From NCBI RefSeq assembly GCF_035594765.1, contig NW_026943826.1, forward strand, positions 12,379,325-12,443,324: a stretch of DNA of 64,000 nt, read 5' to 3'. Origin of the DNA: Anolis carolinensis. Its lineage: Eukaryota. The position numbers were made by a program, and so were the translations under genes. The notes beneath the pieces were generated by a model, which was not told where the DNA came from, made no database searches, and worked only from the letters and a program-made list of their open reading frames with translations. Every line of letters begins with the position of its first letter. Within the stretch, counting starts at the first letter, position 1. Below, one piece after another: positions 48,879 through 61,195 of the stretch.

Positions 48879-48940
48879 TAGATAAGGAGATCAGATAGAT
48901 AAATAGACTGGTAGATAAGATACATCAATTAGCCCTTTCT

Positions 48941-48991
<51 letters not shown>

Positions 48992-50193
48992 GGAGATCGG
49001 ATAGACAGATAAATAGACTGGTAGATAGGATACATCGATTAGCTCTTTCTTAGATAGATAAGGAGATCGGATAGATAGATAAATAGACTGGTAGATAGGA
49101 TACATCGATTAGCCCTTTCTTCTCTGTGCCTGTATCCACAAACAGGAACGATATCGCCCTTATCAAGCTCTCTAAAGCGGTCACCTTGAGTGACAAGATC
49201 CAGCCGGCCTGCCTCCCGAAAGCCAACAGCATTTTGGCCCAAAACACGGTCTGCTACGTCACCGGATGGGGCCGGCTGCAGAGTGAGTCTCCTCGGTCCC
49301 CGGAAATCGGGTGGTCTTGGTCCTGTGTACGATTAGGACACGGTCGGGAGGCGTTGGCGGGCTCTCACCTCTCGTTGGCTTTGGGTTCTTGCAGCGAACG
49401 GGGCCTTGCCGGACATCCTGCAGCAGGGCCGCCTCTTGGTGGTGGACCACGCCACGTGCACCCAGTCCAGCTGGTGGGGCAGCACCGTCAAGTCCAGCAT
49501 GGTCTGCGCCGGAGGAGACGGAAAGATCTCCAGCTGCAACGTGAGTCCCGTCCTGATGCCTCTCTTGTTGTCCTATCTAGGGATCTCTAGGTCTTCCAGG
49601 TCAACTCCAGTTGTTGTGACAGAGTCTTGGTCACACAGTTAGCAGAGATTTCATATCTCAGCCTCTGAAATTATATAGTAAATATAGTATATATAGTAGC
49701 TCGCCATCTTGGATAAGGACACTTGAGTTCTAGCTTTGATCCAAACTCCTTTGGAGGTTGATTCGTCAGTCGTTGCTACATACAGTCGTCGTGACAGAGT
49801 CTTGGTCTCACAGTTAGCAGAGATTTCATACTTCTCGTCCTTGTTTAGTAGCTCACACCTGAGCTCTGGCTTTCATCCAAACTCCTTTGGAGGTTTATTT
49901 TTCATTTCCGTAACCACTATCCCTTTATGTAGGGCGATTCCGGGGGTCCCCTTAACTGCCAGACCTCCAGCGGGAAGTGGGAGGTCCACGGCGTGGTCAG
50001 CTTCGGGTCCGCGCTGGGCTGCAACTATTACCGCAAGCCCTCCGTCTTCACCCGGGTCTCCGCTTTCAACGACTGGATCGACAAGGTGAGCGACGACAGG
50101 CACTGGGGTCGTACAGGTGGGGCATAAATACATGTCAATATCATGTCAATCCTCACCCTTCTTTCCCCGCTTCAGGTGATGGCATCGTATTGA
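47642..50193 (+). CDS. CELA2A: Chymotrypsin-like elastase 2 (CELA2A-like), 270 aa, 8 exons
   Basis: Exons 47642-47684, 47792-47880, 48033-48130, 48232-48360, 49146-49282, 49395-49540, 49933-50085, 50176-50193; R|[60 protein letters not shown]; AATAAA at 50261. Confidence 0.88.
48460..49120. repeat. ~60-bp GATA-rich tandem repeat in CELA2 intron 4
   Basis: TAGACTGGTAGATAGGATACATCGATTAGC.CTTTCTTAGATAGATAAGGAGATCGG units. Confidence 0.85.
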
Positions 50194-50787
50194 AGTGACA
50201 CGTGTGGACACCTACCAGAAATCCCATCCAACCGACGGTGGGAATGGAACAAAACCCTGTAATAAACATGTTAATAACAATGCAAACATTTCCCAACTCC
50301 CCAGGGTGTATATTTTGGGTTTTGTGGGTTTCATTAGGCTTTTATTGTCCATCATCTTCATCCAGGATTTTCCACATCTCTACACAACCCATTTGAGATT
50401 GTTGTTAGACTACAAAACCCAGCATTCTTCTTCACTGCCTACCTGGATTGCCTATCCCAACACTAGGATGATTTCTCTTGGGATGGGCCCAGCGTTGAAA
50501 CGGAAAGTCCGATTGCACAGAAACACGACCGATATTGCATAGAAATATAGAACATTTAATTGGAAACAATTCAGTTGGAAAATAAATATGAAAAAGGTAT
50601 CACTCTTGACTCCCAACTAAAACTTCCATTCCGTTTTAGTATGTATACACTACACTTACATTTATGGCAGAAGGGGGGGATCTTTGGGAAATTAGACCCA
50701 AATAAAGTGAAGGGTTATGGGCCCAGGAAGAGCAACACTACTGCAATTTGGTACTGAAAACAATGAATTTAAAGGGGGTGGGGGGAA

Positions 50788-51572
50788 GCAGTCATGACCA
50801 CTACAGTGGATTCTATAATTTTCTGGTAGAGTTGCAGTCATGAACGCTACAGTGGATTCTATAATTTGCTGGTAAAATTGCAGTCATGATGACTATAGTA
50901 GATTCTATAATTTGCTTGTAGACTTGCAGTCACGACCGCAGTAGTGGATTCTATATTTTGCTGGTAGATTTGCAGTCATGACCACAACAATGGATTCTAT
51001 AATTTGCTGGTAGACTTGCAGTCACGACCGCAGTAGTGGATTCTATATTTTGCTGGTAGATTTGCAGTCATGACCACAACAATGGATTCTATAATTTGCT
51101 GGTAGACTTGCAGTCACGACCGCAGTAGTGGATTCTATATTTTGCTGGTAGATTTGCAGTCATGACCACAACAATGGATTCTATAATTTGCTGGTAGACT
51201 TGCAGTCACGACCGCAGTAGTGGATTCTATATTTTGCTGGTAGACTTGCAGTCATGACTACAGTGGATTCTATACTTTGCTGGTAGAGTTGCAGTCATGA
51301 TCACTACAGTAGATTCTATAATTTGCTTGTATATTTGCAGTCACGACCGCAGTAGTGAATTCTATAATTTGCTTGTAGATTTGCAGTCACGGCCACTGTT
51401 GTGGATTCTATAATTTGCTTGTAGATTTGCAGTCACGACCGCTACAGTGGATTCTCTAATTTGCTTGTAGACTTGCAGTCACGACTGCTACAATGGATTC
51501 TCTAATTTGCTTGTAGATTTACAGTCACGACTGCTACAATGGATTCTATAATTTGCTGGTAGAGTTGCAGTC
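50788..51572. repeat. 46-bp tandem repeat (~17 copies) in CASP9 3' UTR
   Basis: GCAGTCA.GAC......GTGGATTCTATAATTTGCTGGTAGA.TT unit, locally a 92-bp dimer. Confidence 0.88.
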
Positions 51573-51620
51573 TATTCTTCGGTAGGGCAGGATTTCCCCT
51601 CTCCAATATGGAAGGCCCGT

Positions 51621-52919
51621 TCATCGGACCATGAAGAAGAACCGCTTCCGGAGGAAGTTGAAACAGCCGGGCATTTGCTTGAAGGTCCCTTTGGCCGAGA
51701 CAGCATTGGCAACCTGGGTCAAAAGAAAGAGCGATGATGGTGATGTCCACGGATGCATTCATTCCGTGTAGTCCTTAGGACCCCATACATATATATATAT
51801 ACATATAATTCTGGGACCAAACTCTAGGATCCCATAGCATTTAGACCTCACCCATCCTTGTTTTGGGTGGAGAGCGGTTTAGGACTTTCTACCACTTACT
51901 CGGAGAAGCATATCGAGCAGGTCTTCCGAACGGACAAACTGCTCCAGGACTTGGTCCAGGCTTTCGATGTACCAGGAGCCGGTCAGCTTATCCCTCCAGG
52001 ACACGAACCCTAAAAGAAGAGAGATACTATATATATATATATATATATATATATGTGCATACAAAAGGATCTGGAAGTCTTAGGAAACCACAAGTTGAGT
52101 CGAGAGTGTGATGCTACGGCGAAAAAGGTGAATGTGATCCTACGTTGCATTCATCAGAACATAGTATCTGAGGATGGCGTTTGGGGTCCCTTCCAACCCT
52201 AGGATTCTATTATATTCCTGTGAGCTATATATTCCATCTATCTATGGCTGGATAGCCATCTGTCGAGAGGGATTGGATTGTGTCTTCCTTCATGGCAGAA
52301 TAATGGGATCGGNNNNNNNNNNNNNNNNNNNNNNNNNNNNNNNNNNNNNNNNNNNNNNNNNNNNNNNNNNNNNNNNNNNNNNNNNNNNNNNNNNNNNNNN
52401 NNNNNNNNNNNNNNNNNNNNNNNNNNNNNNNNNNNNNNNNNNNNNNNNNNNNNNNNNNNNNNNNNNNNNNNNNNNNNNNNNNNNNNNNNNNNNNNNNNNN
52501 NNNNNNNNNNNNNNNNNNNNNNNNNNNNNAATCATATCTAATGACTGGATGGCCATCTGTCGGGAGGGATCGGATGGTGTAGAATAATTGTGTCAGACTG
52601 GGTGGCTTCTAGGGTCCCTTCCAACTCTAGGATTCTATGATATACCTGTCTATATATATATATATATATATCACAGTCATATCTATGGCTGAATGGCCAT
52701 CTGTCAGGAGGGATCGGACTCACCTGGAAACGTGGAATAAGACACCAAGATGTCGCTGGGGGTCGGCAAACTCGCAATGGCGTCCGGTTCGTCGGTATTG
52801 CCCGGTTGGGTTTGGAAAGCTATCGCGTCGGATTCAATGCTGGCCGGATTATAAAAGGGTGGGTCCAGATCCACTTGGAAGCCTCGGTCCTTCTCCTCTG
52901 GAAAGAGACAGATAGACAC

Positions 52920-52958
<39 letters not shown>

Positions 52959-55900
52959 TGGTTGAACGTCAGGAGGAACATCATGATGCTCGGCCAGATA
53001 CCTCCTCCGCAGGCCTGGATGAAGAAGATCTTGGGCTTCCCCCTGAGGCTGGGGCAATGGGACCCGTCAAAGAGGCTGACCATCTTCTCCACCGCAAGAC
53101 GGCGGCCGTCCGTGCCGAAAATGCCGCCCGGGAACTGGACGTGGCTGGTCTGGAACGGACACAAGACGGAAACCAGAAGCCACAGCTCAACACATGGATA
53201 ATAAAGTCATATATGAGGACCATGAAGGCATCTAGAAGGTCTCCAACATTGGGACGGGAACACATTGGTGGCTTTCCTACCTGGCAGCCGTGAGAAAGGA
53301 TGACCACAAGGCAGCAGTCCATTGAGCTGTGGTCACGCCTGGCCAGGCTCTGCAACTCCTCCGCAATGGCCTAGAGAGGATGGACAATGTGTGTTCAGTA
53401 GGGTAGGACACTATCAAGGATGATAGCGGCGGCATCAACAACGTCATCAATGTCATCGTTGACACTATAACCAATGACATTACCTACATCATCAACATCA
53501 TCATTGAAGTCATCAACAACATTATCTACATCAATGTCAACGAGATGATCAACATCATCAACAACATTATCTACATCAGCGTCAACAAGATCGTCAACAT
53601 CGACGTCATCGAGAACATTATCTACATCAATGTTAACAAGATTATCAATGTCAACGTCAACGAGATAATCAACATCAACATCGACAACATTATCTACATC
53701 AACGTCAACGAGATTATCAACGTCAATGTCAACAAGACCATCAACATCAACGTCATCAACAACATTATCTACATCAGTGTTAACAAGAAGATCAACATCA
53801 TCAACAACATTATCTACATCAGCGTCAACAAGATTGTCAATATCGACGTCATTGACAACTTTATCTACATCAATGTCAACAAGATTATCAACATCAATGT
53901 CAACGAGATCATCAACATTGACGTCATCGACAACATTATCTACATCGACGTCAACAAGATCGTCAACATCCATGTCATCGACAACATTATCTACATCAAT
54001 GTCAACAAGATTATCAGTGTCAATGTCAACAAGACCATCAACATTGACGTCATCGACAACATTATCTACATCAATGTCAATGAGATGATCAACATTGACG
54101 TCATCAACATTATCTACATTAACGTCAACAAGATCATCAATATTGATGTCATCGACAACATTATCTACATCAGTGTCAACAAGATTATCAACATCAGTGT
54201 CAACAGGACCATCAGCATTGATGTCATCGACATTATCTACATCAGTGCCAACAAGATTATCAACGTCAATGTCAACAAGACCATCAACATCGACGTCATC
54301 GACAACATTATCTACATCAGTGTCAACAAGATTATCAACGTCAATGTCAACAAGACCATCAACATCGACATCATCGACAACATTATCTACATCAATGTCA
54401 ATGAGATGATCAACATTGACGTCATCAACATTATCTACATTAACGTCAACAAGATCATCAATATTGGTGTCATCGACAACATTATCTACATCAGTGTCAA
54501 CAAGATTATCAACATCAGTGTCAACAGGACCATCAGCATTGATGTCATCGACATTATCTACATCAGTGTCAACAAGATTATCAACGTCAATGTCAACAAG
54601 ACCATCAACATCGACGTCATCGACAACATTATCTACATCGACGTCAACGAGATGATCAACATTGATGTCATCGACGACATCTACATCAACAAGATGATCA
54701 ACATCGATGTCATCAACATTATCTACATCGACGTCAACAAGATGATCAACATCAACGTCATCAACGACATTATCTACATCAATGTCGACGAGATGATCAA
54801 CATCAATATATATACTATTGTTGTGGGCCAGAGAACAGCCTGAACCCATAACCCGTCACAGTGTGGGTCCTTCGATTTGGCGCCCAACCTGGGACCGTGT
54901 TTTACGCCGAACCAGGTGTGTGCTCACCTGAGCCGGGAGATCCCGCCGGGTCAAGACCTCGAAGCGCAAGGACTTGAAGCGCTTCTCCATCCGCTCGCAA
55001 TCCAGGTCGGATCCGGAGCGCCGGCCGAGTTGGGAGGCCTCGCTGAAGTTGACGTTGTTGATGATGAGGCAGTAGCCACACGGGTCATGTGTGAGGACAT
55101 AGGCCTGGATATAACAACAACAACAACAAATTAGTATTACATAATATATATATATTATAATATATATTCTTAGTATTATCAATATATATTATATAATAAT
55201 ACATAAATATATATGATGTTTATAATACTTACATATAATATTTATATAAAATATTTACATAAATATATATAATATTTACGATCCATTTATGGGGGGAAAG
55301 AAAAACACTAACTGTTTCCGAATTCCTCCGGGATTTCTCTCCGCCGGAGCCTAGAGATGACAACAAAGTGTAAAATAAACATACACATATATGAATTATA
55401 TTATTTGTCAATAAATAATATTTATATCCATGTTGTTTGTTTATTATTTATAGTATAGCTCTTTCGATTGAGACCCAAAGCAGCTCACAACGTAGTTCGA
55501 AATTGTTAGACTATTAGCATTAAAATATAATATATTATATATATAATATTATTAAATTTAATATAATAATATTATATAATACATTCAGCAAATGAACTTG
55601 ATTTCTTTTTACCGTGAATTGGTGTAATTTCTGGCCTTGGTTCTTGTGGTCTTTCTGCCACTGGAAACAAATTAAAAAGTATTATTTGCATTTAAGCTGA
55701 GAGATAATTTTATCATCTAAGGCGAGATATAAGTCATCATCACTGTAATAATAATAATGATAATACAATATTAAAAATATTTAAAGTATTATAACTCTCG
55801 CTCATAAATAGTAAAATATTGACGTATTTGTTTCAGTGTCGACAGAGCTTCCGACGTATCTACCTGTGTCCGTACGGATGGGGACGGGTCTGATGTGGTC

Positions 55901-56183
55901 CGAAAGACTCTCGGGCACTTGATTGGCTCCCCGACCCAGCAGATCGGCAAGAGCGCCTTGACCCGTTTCCTGGAGGCAGTGCACGAAAACCGGCAAAGCC
56001 CGCTTGCCCCGCGTCTCCAGGTCAATGCACAGTTGTCGCGCCTGCGCACTCCGCGCACCGGACCCCTGCGAAAGGAGACAACACAACTGAAGGTGCGTCT
56101 ACACTGGAGGGCAAATGCGGTTTGGCAACAACCGGGACAGGAGGTTTCGTGGGAGACAAGACATTCCTAGGGAGGAGTCCTCT

Positions 56184-56219
<36 letters not shown>

Positions 56220-58702
56220 ATGATTGAGCCTCGTGGCTCTGTTTCTGACAGGCGTGGGCGTAAGACTCCTCGAGAGTCGGATACTCTCGAGGAGCGAGAG
56301 AGAAAAAGACTGCGAGACATATTTGCAGCACCCTCTGACGAAGAGTCTTTCGAAGGGTTCACGGAGAGAATGGAGGAAGGGCTGGTTAGCTCAGAGGAGG
56401 ATGAGATGGATTGGACTCGGGTAAGGGAGGAATTGGGGGCCACTGGCCATGATGGGGCAGAAGATGAATGGGGACCTTCAGGATTAGACCCATGGCGTAG
56501 CTGGAGGGATGGGACGGGATCCACAGCTGGAGATGCTGTTGGGCGTAGTCAGAGGTGTTCCAGCTCTGACGAGGAAAGTGATGAGGAAACGCCCGGGTTA
56601 AGGAGGGCAGCTGACAGTGATGAAGATTTGTAACTGGCATAAAATGGGGCTTGGGAGCAATTGCAAATTGCGTCGGGCAAGGTAATCTGGGCAAACGCTT
56701 GGGATTCGTGTGTGTGTGTGGGACGCTTCCCTGAAGACTTGTGTACTTTCCTGTGCTGAGACGTAAGTTGATTGGAATCCAGGGTCAGACGGCGGGAGGG
56801 ATTGTGTGGGCATTTGTTTGTGCAAACCTGTGCTTACTCTTATTAGCTTGACCTTCCGTCGTCTTCTTGACGGACGCCATCTCCTGCTTTGAGAACTCGG
56901 ACTGAACTGACCACGGCTTGTCTTCCCCCCTTCTTGGACTTGGAAAAACTACAAACGTCTGCTTCTGGCTTTGATCTACGGAACGGAACTGGTCTACTCT
57001 ACTGCTAAAATCCCTGGCTGATTGTTCGTGTTGGAATCCTGTCTGCTGTGTGTGTGTGTGGGAGCGACGCAAGTTACTCTAAACACAGTGTTGGCAGCAG
57101 AGAGGAATCTGCTGCCAATTAGTTGCATTCTTTATCCTTTGTTCCTTGGCTTTCGTTTTGTTTATACCCAGGCTGAAGAAAGCAGTTTGTTTTTACCCGG
57201 ATTAAACTCCGGTTTAATCCGGTTTATCTTTTGAACATTTACTTTTGCCCCTTTTTTGCTCCTAAAGGCAAAAATTGCCTGGCCCTTGTGTTTTACGGGC
57301 GTTTTTGAGTTCTGTAATCTAATAAACTCTGTTACTTTGAATCTNNNNNNNNNNNNNNNNNNNNNNNNNNNNNNNNNNNNNNNNNNNNNNNNNNNNNNNN
57401 NNNNNNNNNNNNNNNNNNNNNNNNNNNNNNNNNNNNNNNNNNNNNNNNNNNNNNNNNNNNNNNNNNNNNNNNNNNNNNNNNACATATACNNNNNNNNNNN
57501 NNNNNNNNNNNNNNNNNNNNNNNNNNNNNNNNNNNNNNNNNNNNNNNNNNNNNNNNNNNNNNNNNNNNNNNNNNNNNNNNNNNNNNNNNNNNNNNNNNNN
57601 NNNNNNNNNNNNNNNNNNNNNNNNNNNNNNNNNNNNNNNNNNNNNNNNNNNNNNNNNNNNNNNNNNNNATATACATACATAAAATGTATNNNNNNNNNNN
57701 NNNNNNNNNNNNNNNNNNNNNNNNNNNNNNNNNNNNNNNNNNNNNNNNNNNNNNNNNNNNNNNNNNNNNNNNNNNNNNNNNNNNNNNNNNNNNNNNNNNN
57801 NNNNNNNNNNNNNNNNNNNNNNNNNNNNNNNNNNNNNNNNNNNNNNNNNNNNNNNNNNNNNNNNNNNNNNNNNNNNNNNNNNNNNNNNNNNNNNNNNNAT
57901 ATATATACATATAATATATTGGGTGGGATATATAAATGTATATATACACACACACACATATATGTTATGTATTAGATGGCATATATAAACATATATACAC
58001 ACACATATATAATGTATTAGATGGCATATATAAATATATATGCATACACATATAATGTATTAGATGACATATATACACATAATGTATTAGATGATACACA
58101 CACACACATATAATGTATTAGATGACATACNNNNNNNNNNNNNNNNNNNNNNNNNNNNNNNNNNNNNNNNNNNNNNNNNNNNNNNNNNNNNNNNNNNNNN
58201 NNNNNNNNNNNNNNNNNNNNNNNNNNNNNNNNNNNNNNNNNNNNNNNNNNNNNNNNNNNNNNNNNNNNNNNNNNNNNNNNNNNNNNNNNNNNNNNNTATG
58301 TATAGTAATGGATGGCCTATATAGAGAGAGAGATAGATCTATTTTCATAGAAATATATTATTATATATTTATATATAATATATAATAATTATATATATAT
58401 ATAATTATTATATATTTATATTTTGCCTCTCTTCTCAGTATCTTCATAGAAATATATTATTATATATTTATTATATATTTATATATAATATATAATAATT
58501 ATATATATTTATATGTAATTATATATTGATCTTTGGCCCTCTCTTCTCAAGGCCTTGAAAGGCAGTGGACCTGGATCTCCTCGATCATGTCCTGGGAGAA
58601 GATCCCCTCCTGCAGCAGGAGGTCCCAAAGGGGATCCACTCGCAGCTCCTTCACCAGCCGGACCCGGTTCCTTCGAAGCAAAGCCCGGTGGGACTCCTCC
58701 AT
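51621..58702 (-). CDS. CASP9: Caspase-9, 403 aa, 10 exons
   Basis: Exons 58702-58571, 56065-55864, 55660-55613, 55350-55313, 55104-54928, 53370-53281, 53149-53002, 52897-52724, 52009-51900, 51713-51621. CARD ([21 protein letters not shown]), ILSHG, QACGG active site, [12 protein letters not shown]; head-to-head with DNAJC16. Confidence 0.95.
53420..54810. repeat. Triplet-periodic low-complexity repeat (ATCAACATCGAC-type) in CASP9 intron
   Basis: Units such as GACAACATTATCTACATCAATGTCAACAAGAT; produces long D/V/N and I/N ORFs on both strands. Confidence 0.85.
56216..57484 (+). mobile_element. Probable solo LTR (Gypsy/ERV-type) in (TA)n within CASP9 intron 1; 3' end partly in gap
   Basis: Abrupt start TGTTATG after (TA)n; TATA-like CATAAAA 56638; AATAAA 57321; ACA followed by TA repeat at 57482-57484 after the gap. 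Confidence 0.65.
56220..56633 (+). CDS. LTR-encoded acidic 137-aa ORF with FxGF (LEDGF-IBD/TND-binding-type) motif
   Basis: Intact ORF MIEPRG...[18 protein letters not shown]...DSDEDL*; expression not shown. Confidence 0.45.
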   Translation: MIEPRGSVSDRRGRKTPRESDTLEERERKRLRDIFAAPSDEESFEGFTERMEEGLVSSEEDEMDWTRVREELGATGHDGAEDEWGPSGLDPWRSWRDGTGSTAGDAVGRSQRCSSSDEESDEETPGLRRAADSDEDL

Positions 58703-58990
58703 GGCGGGAAAACGAGGAAAACAGGCTTCTTCCGGGTAGGAAAACCCCTTCGCGTGACGTCACATGCCCATATAAGGTCATCGCTTGGAGCAATGTTTCT
58801 GACGCATGCGCGCGTTAAGCCTCCTTGTGGTTGAACCGCCCGGCTCTCCACGCATGCGCAGTTCTTTCCCCCCGCCGGTCAGAGACGAGAGGCGGGGCTT
58901 AGCCTCGCCGGAAGACAGCGTCTCTATGGTGACGGCGGCCGGAACCGGAAGCGGGGCCTGAAGGGACAAGAGAGGCGAGCTGAGGGTGGG
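58703..58990. promoter_or_regulatory. CpG-rich bidirectional CASP9/DNAJC16 promoter
   Basis: CRE TGACGTCA 58755-58762, CArG CCATATAAGG 58768-58777, two NRF1-like CGCATGCGC (58803, 58851), X-box-like GTCTCTATGGTGAC 58920-58933, ETS CCGGAA/CCGGAAG; possible DNAJC16 non-coding exon donor ~58985. Confidence 0.7.
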
Positions 58991-60188
58991 TATTGCCAAC
59001 GTTTCTCGAAGTTTCTCGAATTATTTTTATATTCAAATGTATATTACTTTTATATTTGGTAGATAATGTATATTTTTAGTGGGTTGCGGTGAGCTTTCCG
59101 GGCTGCCCGGCCGCCATGTTCCAGAAGCACTCTCTCCTGACGTTACGCCTGCTTCCGTGGCAGGCAGCCTCAGAGGTTGTGGGGTGGGTTGGAATAACAT
59201 CCTGGGTCAATCAGGGCCAGCTAACACCTCCCAACAGAGGATTATTATTATCCTTTTAATATTGTTATCATTTTACGTTGTTATTATGTTTATATATTAT
59301 TATATATTATATTATTCTTATCCTGCATTATTATTATTCTTTTATTATTTTCATGCATTATTATTATTATCATCCTTTTACATTATTATTATTCTCCTTT
59401 TAATATATTATTATTATCATGCATTATTATTTTATTATTATCATCCTTTACATTATTGATATTAATATCATCATCCTTTGAATATATTATTCTTATCCTA
59501 CATTATTATTATTATTTTACATTAGCATCATCATCCTTTGAACATATTATTCTGCACTATTATTATTATTATTATTATCCTTTTAATTTTGTTATCATTT
59601 TACATTGTTATTATGTTTTCACATTATTAGTATCATCATCATCCTTTGAATATATTATTCTTATCCTACATTATTATTATTATTATTATTATTATTTTAC
59701 ATTAGTATCATCATCATCCTTTGAACATATTATTCTGCACTATTATTATTATCCATTTAATATTGTTATCATTTTACATTATTATTATGTTTTCACATTA
59801 TTAGTATCATAATCATCCTCAGCATTATATTCTTCTCCTGCATTATTATTATCATCCTTTTACATTATTATTTTTATTGTTATCCTTTGAATATATTATT
59901 ATTTTCATGCATTATTATTATTATTACCCTTTTAATATATTCTGCATTATTATTATCATCCTTTTATATTATTATTTTTATTGTTATCCTTTGAATATAG
60001 TATTATTTTCATGCATTATTATTATTATTACCCTTTTAATATATTCTTATCCTGCATTATTATTCTCCTTTTAATATATTATTTTCAAGCATTATTATTA
60101 TTATTATTATTATTGCCCTTTTAATATATTATTATCCTGCATTATTATTCTCCTTTTAATATATTATTATTTTCATGTATTATTATTA

Positions 60189-60511
60189 CAGTAGAGTCTC
60201 ACTTATCCAACACTCGCTTATCCAACGTTCTGGATTATCCAACGCATTTTTGTAGTCAATGTTTTCAATACATCGTGATATTTTGGTGCTAAATTCGTAA
60301 ATACAGTAATTACTACATAGTATTACTGCGTATTGAACTACCCTTTCTGTCAAATTTGTTGTATAACATGATGTTTTGGTGCTTAATTTGTAAAATCATA
60401 ACCTAATTTAATGTTTAATAGGCTTTTCCTTAATCCCTCCTTATTATCCAACATATTCGCTTATCCAACGTTCTGCCGGCCCGTTTACGTTGGATAAGCG
60501 AGACTCTACTG
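60189..60511. mobile_element. Tc1/mariner (pogo/Tigger-like) MITE
   Basis: TIRs CAGTAGAGTCTC.CTTATCCAAC / GTTGGATAAGCGAGACTCTACTG with TA on both flanks. Confidence 0.88.
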
Positions 60512-60949
60512 TATCAGCATCCTTTTACATTATTATTATTATCCTTTTAATATATTATTATTATTATTATTATTATCCCTGTTACATAGTGGTATTTTTA
60601 TGATAAATGTTTTCTATTGTGGAATGATATTTTAAATTGTAAGTCGCTCGGAGCACTCTGGTGGAGAGCGACTAATTAAGAAATAAAGTGAAGTGAAGTA
60701 TTATTATTATCATTCCTACTAAGCATGGGCTGGATCTGTCGGGAGAGATTATTATTATTATTATTACCAGAGGATATTGCCTGCCATAGATACAGGTGAA
60801 ACGTCAGGAGAGAATGCTTCTGGAACATGGCCAAAAGACTCACAGCAACCCTATAATAATATAATATAATTAATAATAATAATAGTAGTAGTAGTAGTAT
60901 AACCTGCCTCTCCTGACCCCTCTCTACCGTGTTTTCTGTAGGAATCACG

Positions 60950-61116
60950 ATGGAAATGAAACGTCTGAGCGTCTGGCTGGTGGTGCTGCTCTTCCTCGTC
61001 CTGTCCCTCCAAATCTTGTTGGCCATTGATTTCGACCCATACCGGGTCCTGGGGGTCAGCCGGACGGCCAGCCAGGCCGAGATCAAGAAGGCCTACAAGA
61101 AGCTCGCCCGGGAATG
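60950..61116 (+). CDS. DNAJC16: DnaJ homolog subfamily C member 16, first coding exon (gene continues beyond window)
   Basis: Acceptor at 60940-60941, [56 protein letters not shown], donor TG|GTGAG; synteny with CASP9. Confidence 0.9.
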
Positions 61117-61195
61117 GTGAGCCAATGGGGAGAAGGGGGTCGAAACCTTCTAATTTCTGTCTTAATCAAGGGAATCATAATAATAATAATAATAA

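Noticed and set aside
53395-54849. 484-aa Asp/Val-rich ORF and antisense 432-aa Ile/Asn ORF
   Set aside because: Triplet-periodic intronic repeat open on both strands; read-through from the upstream CASP9 exon hits a stop at 54856; no domain content.
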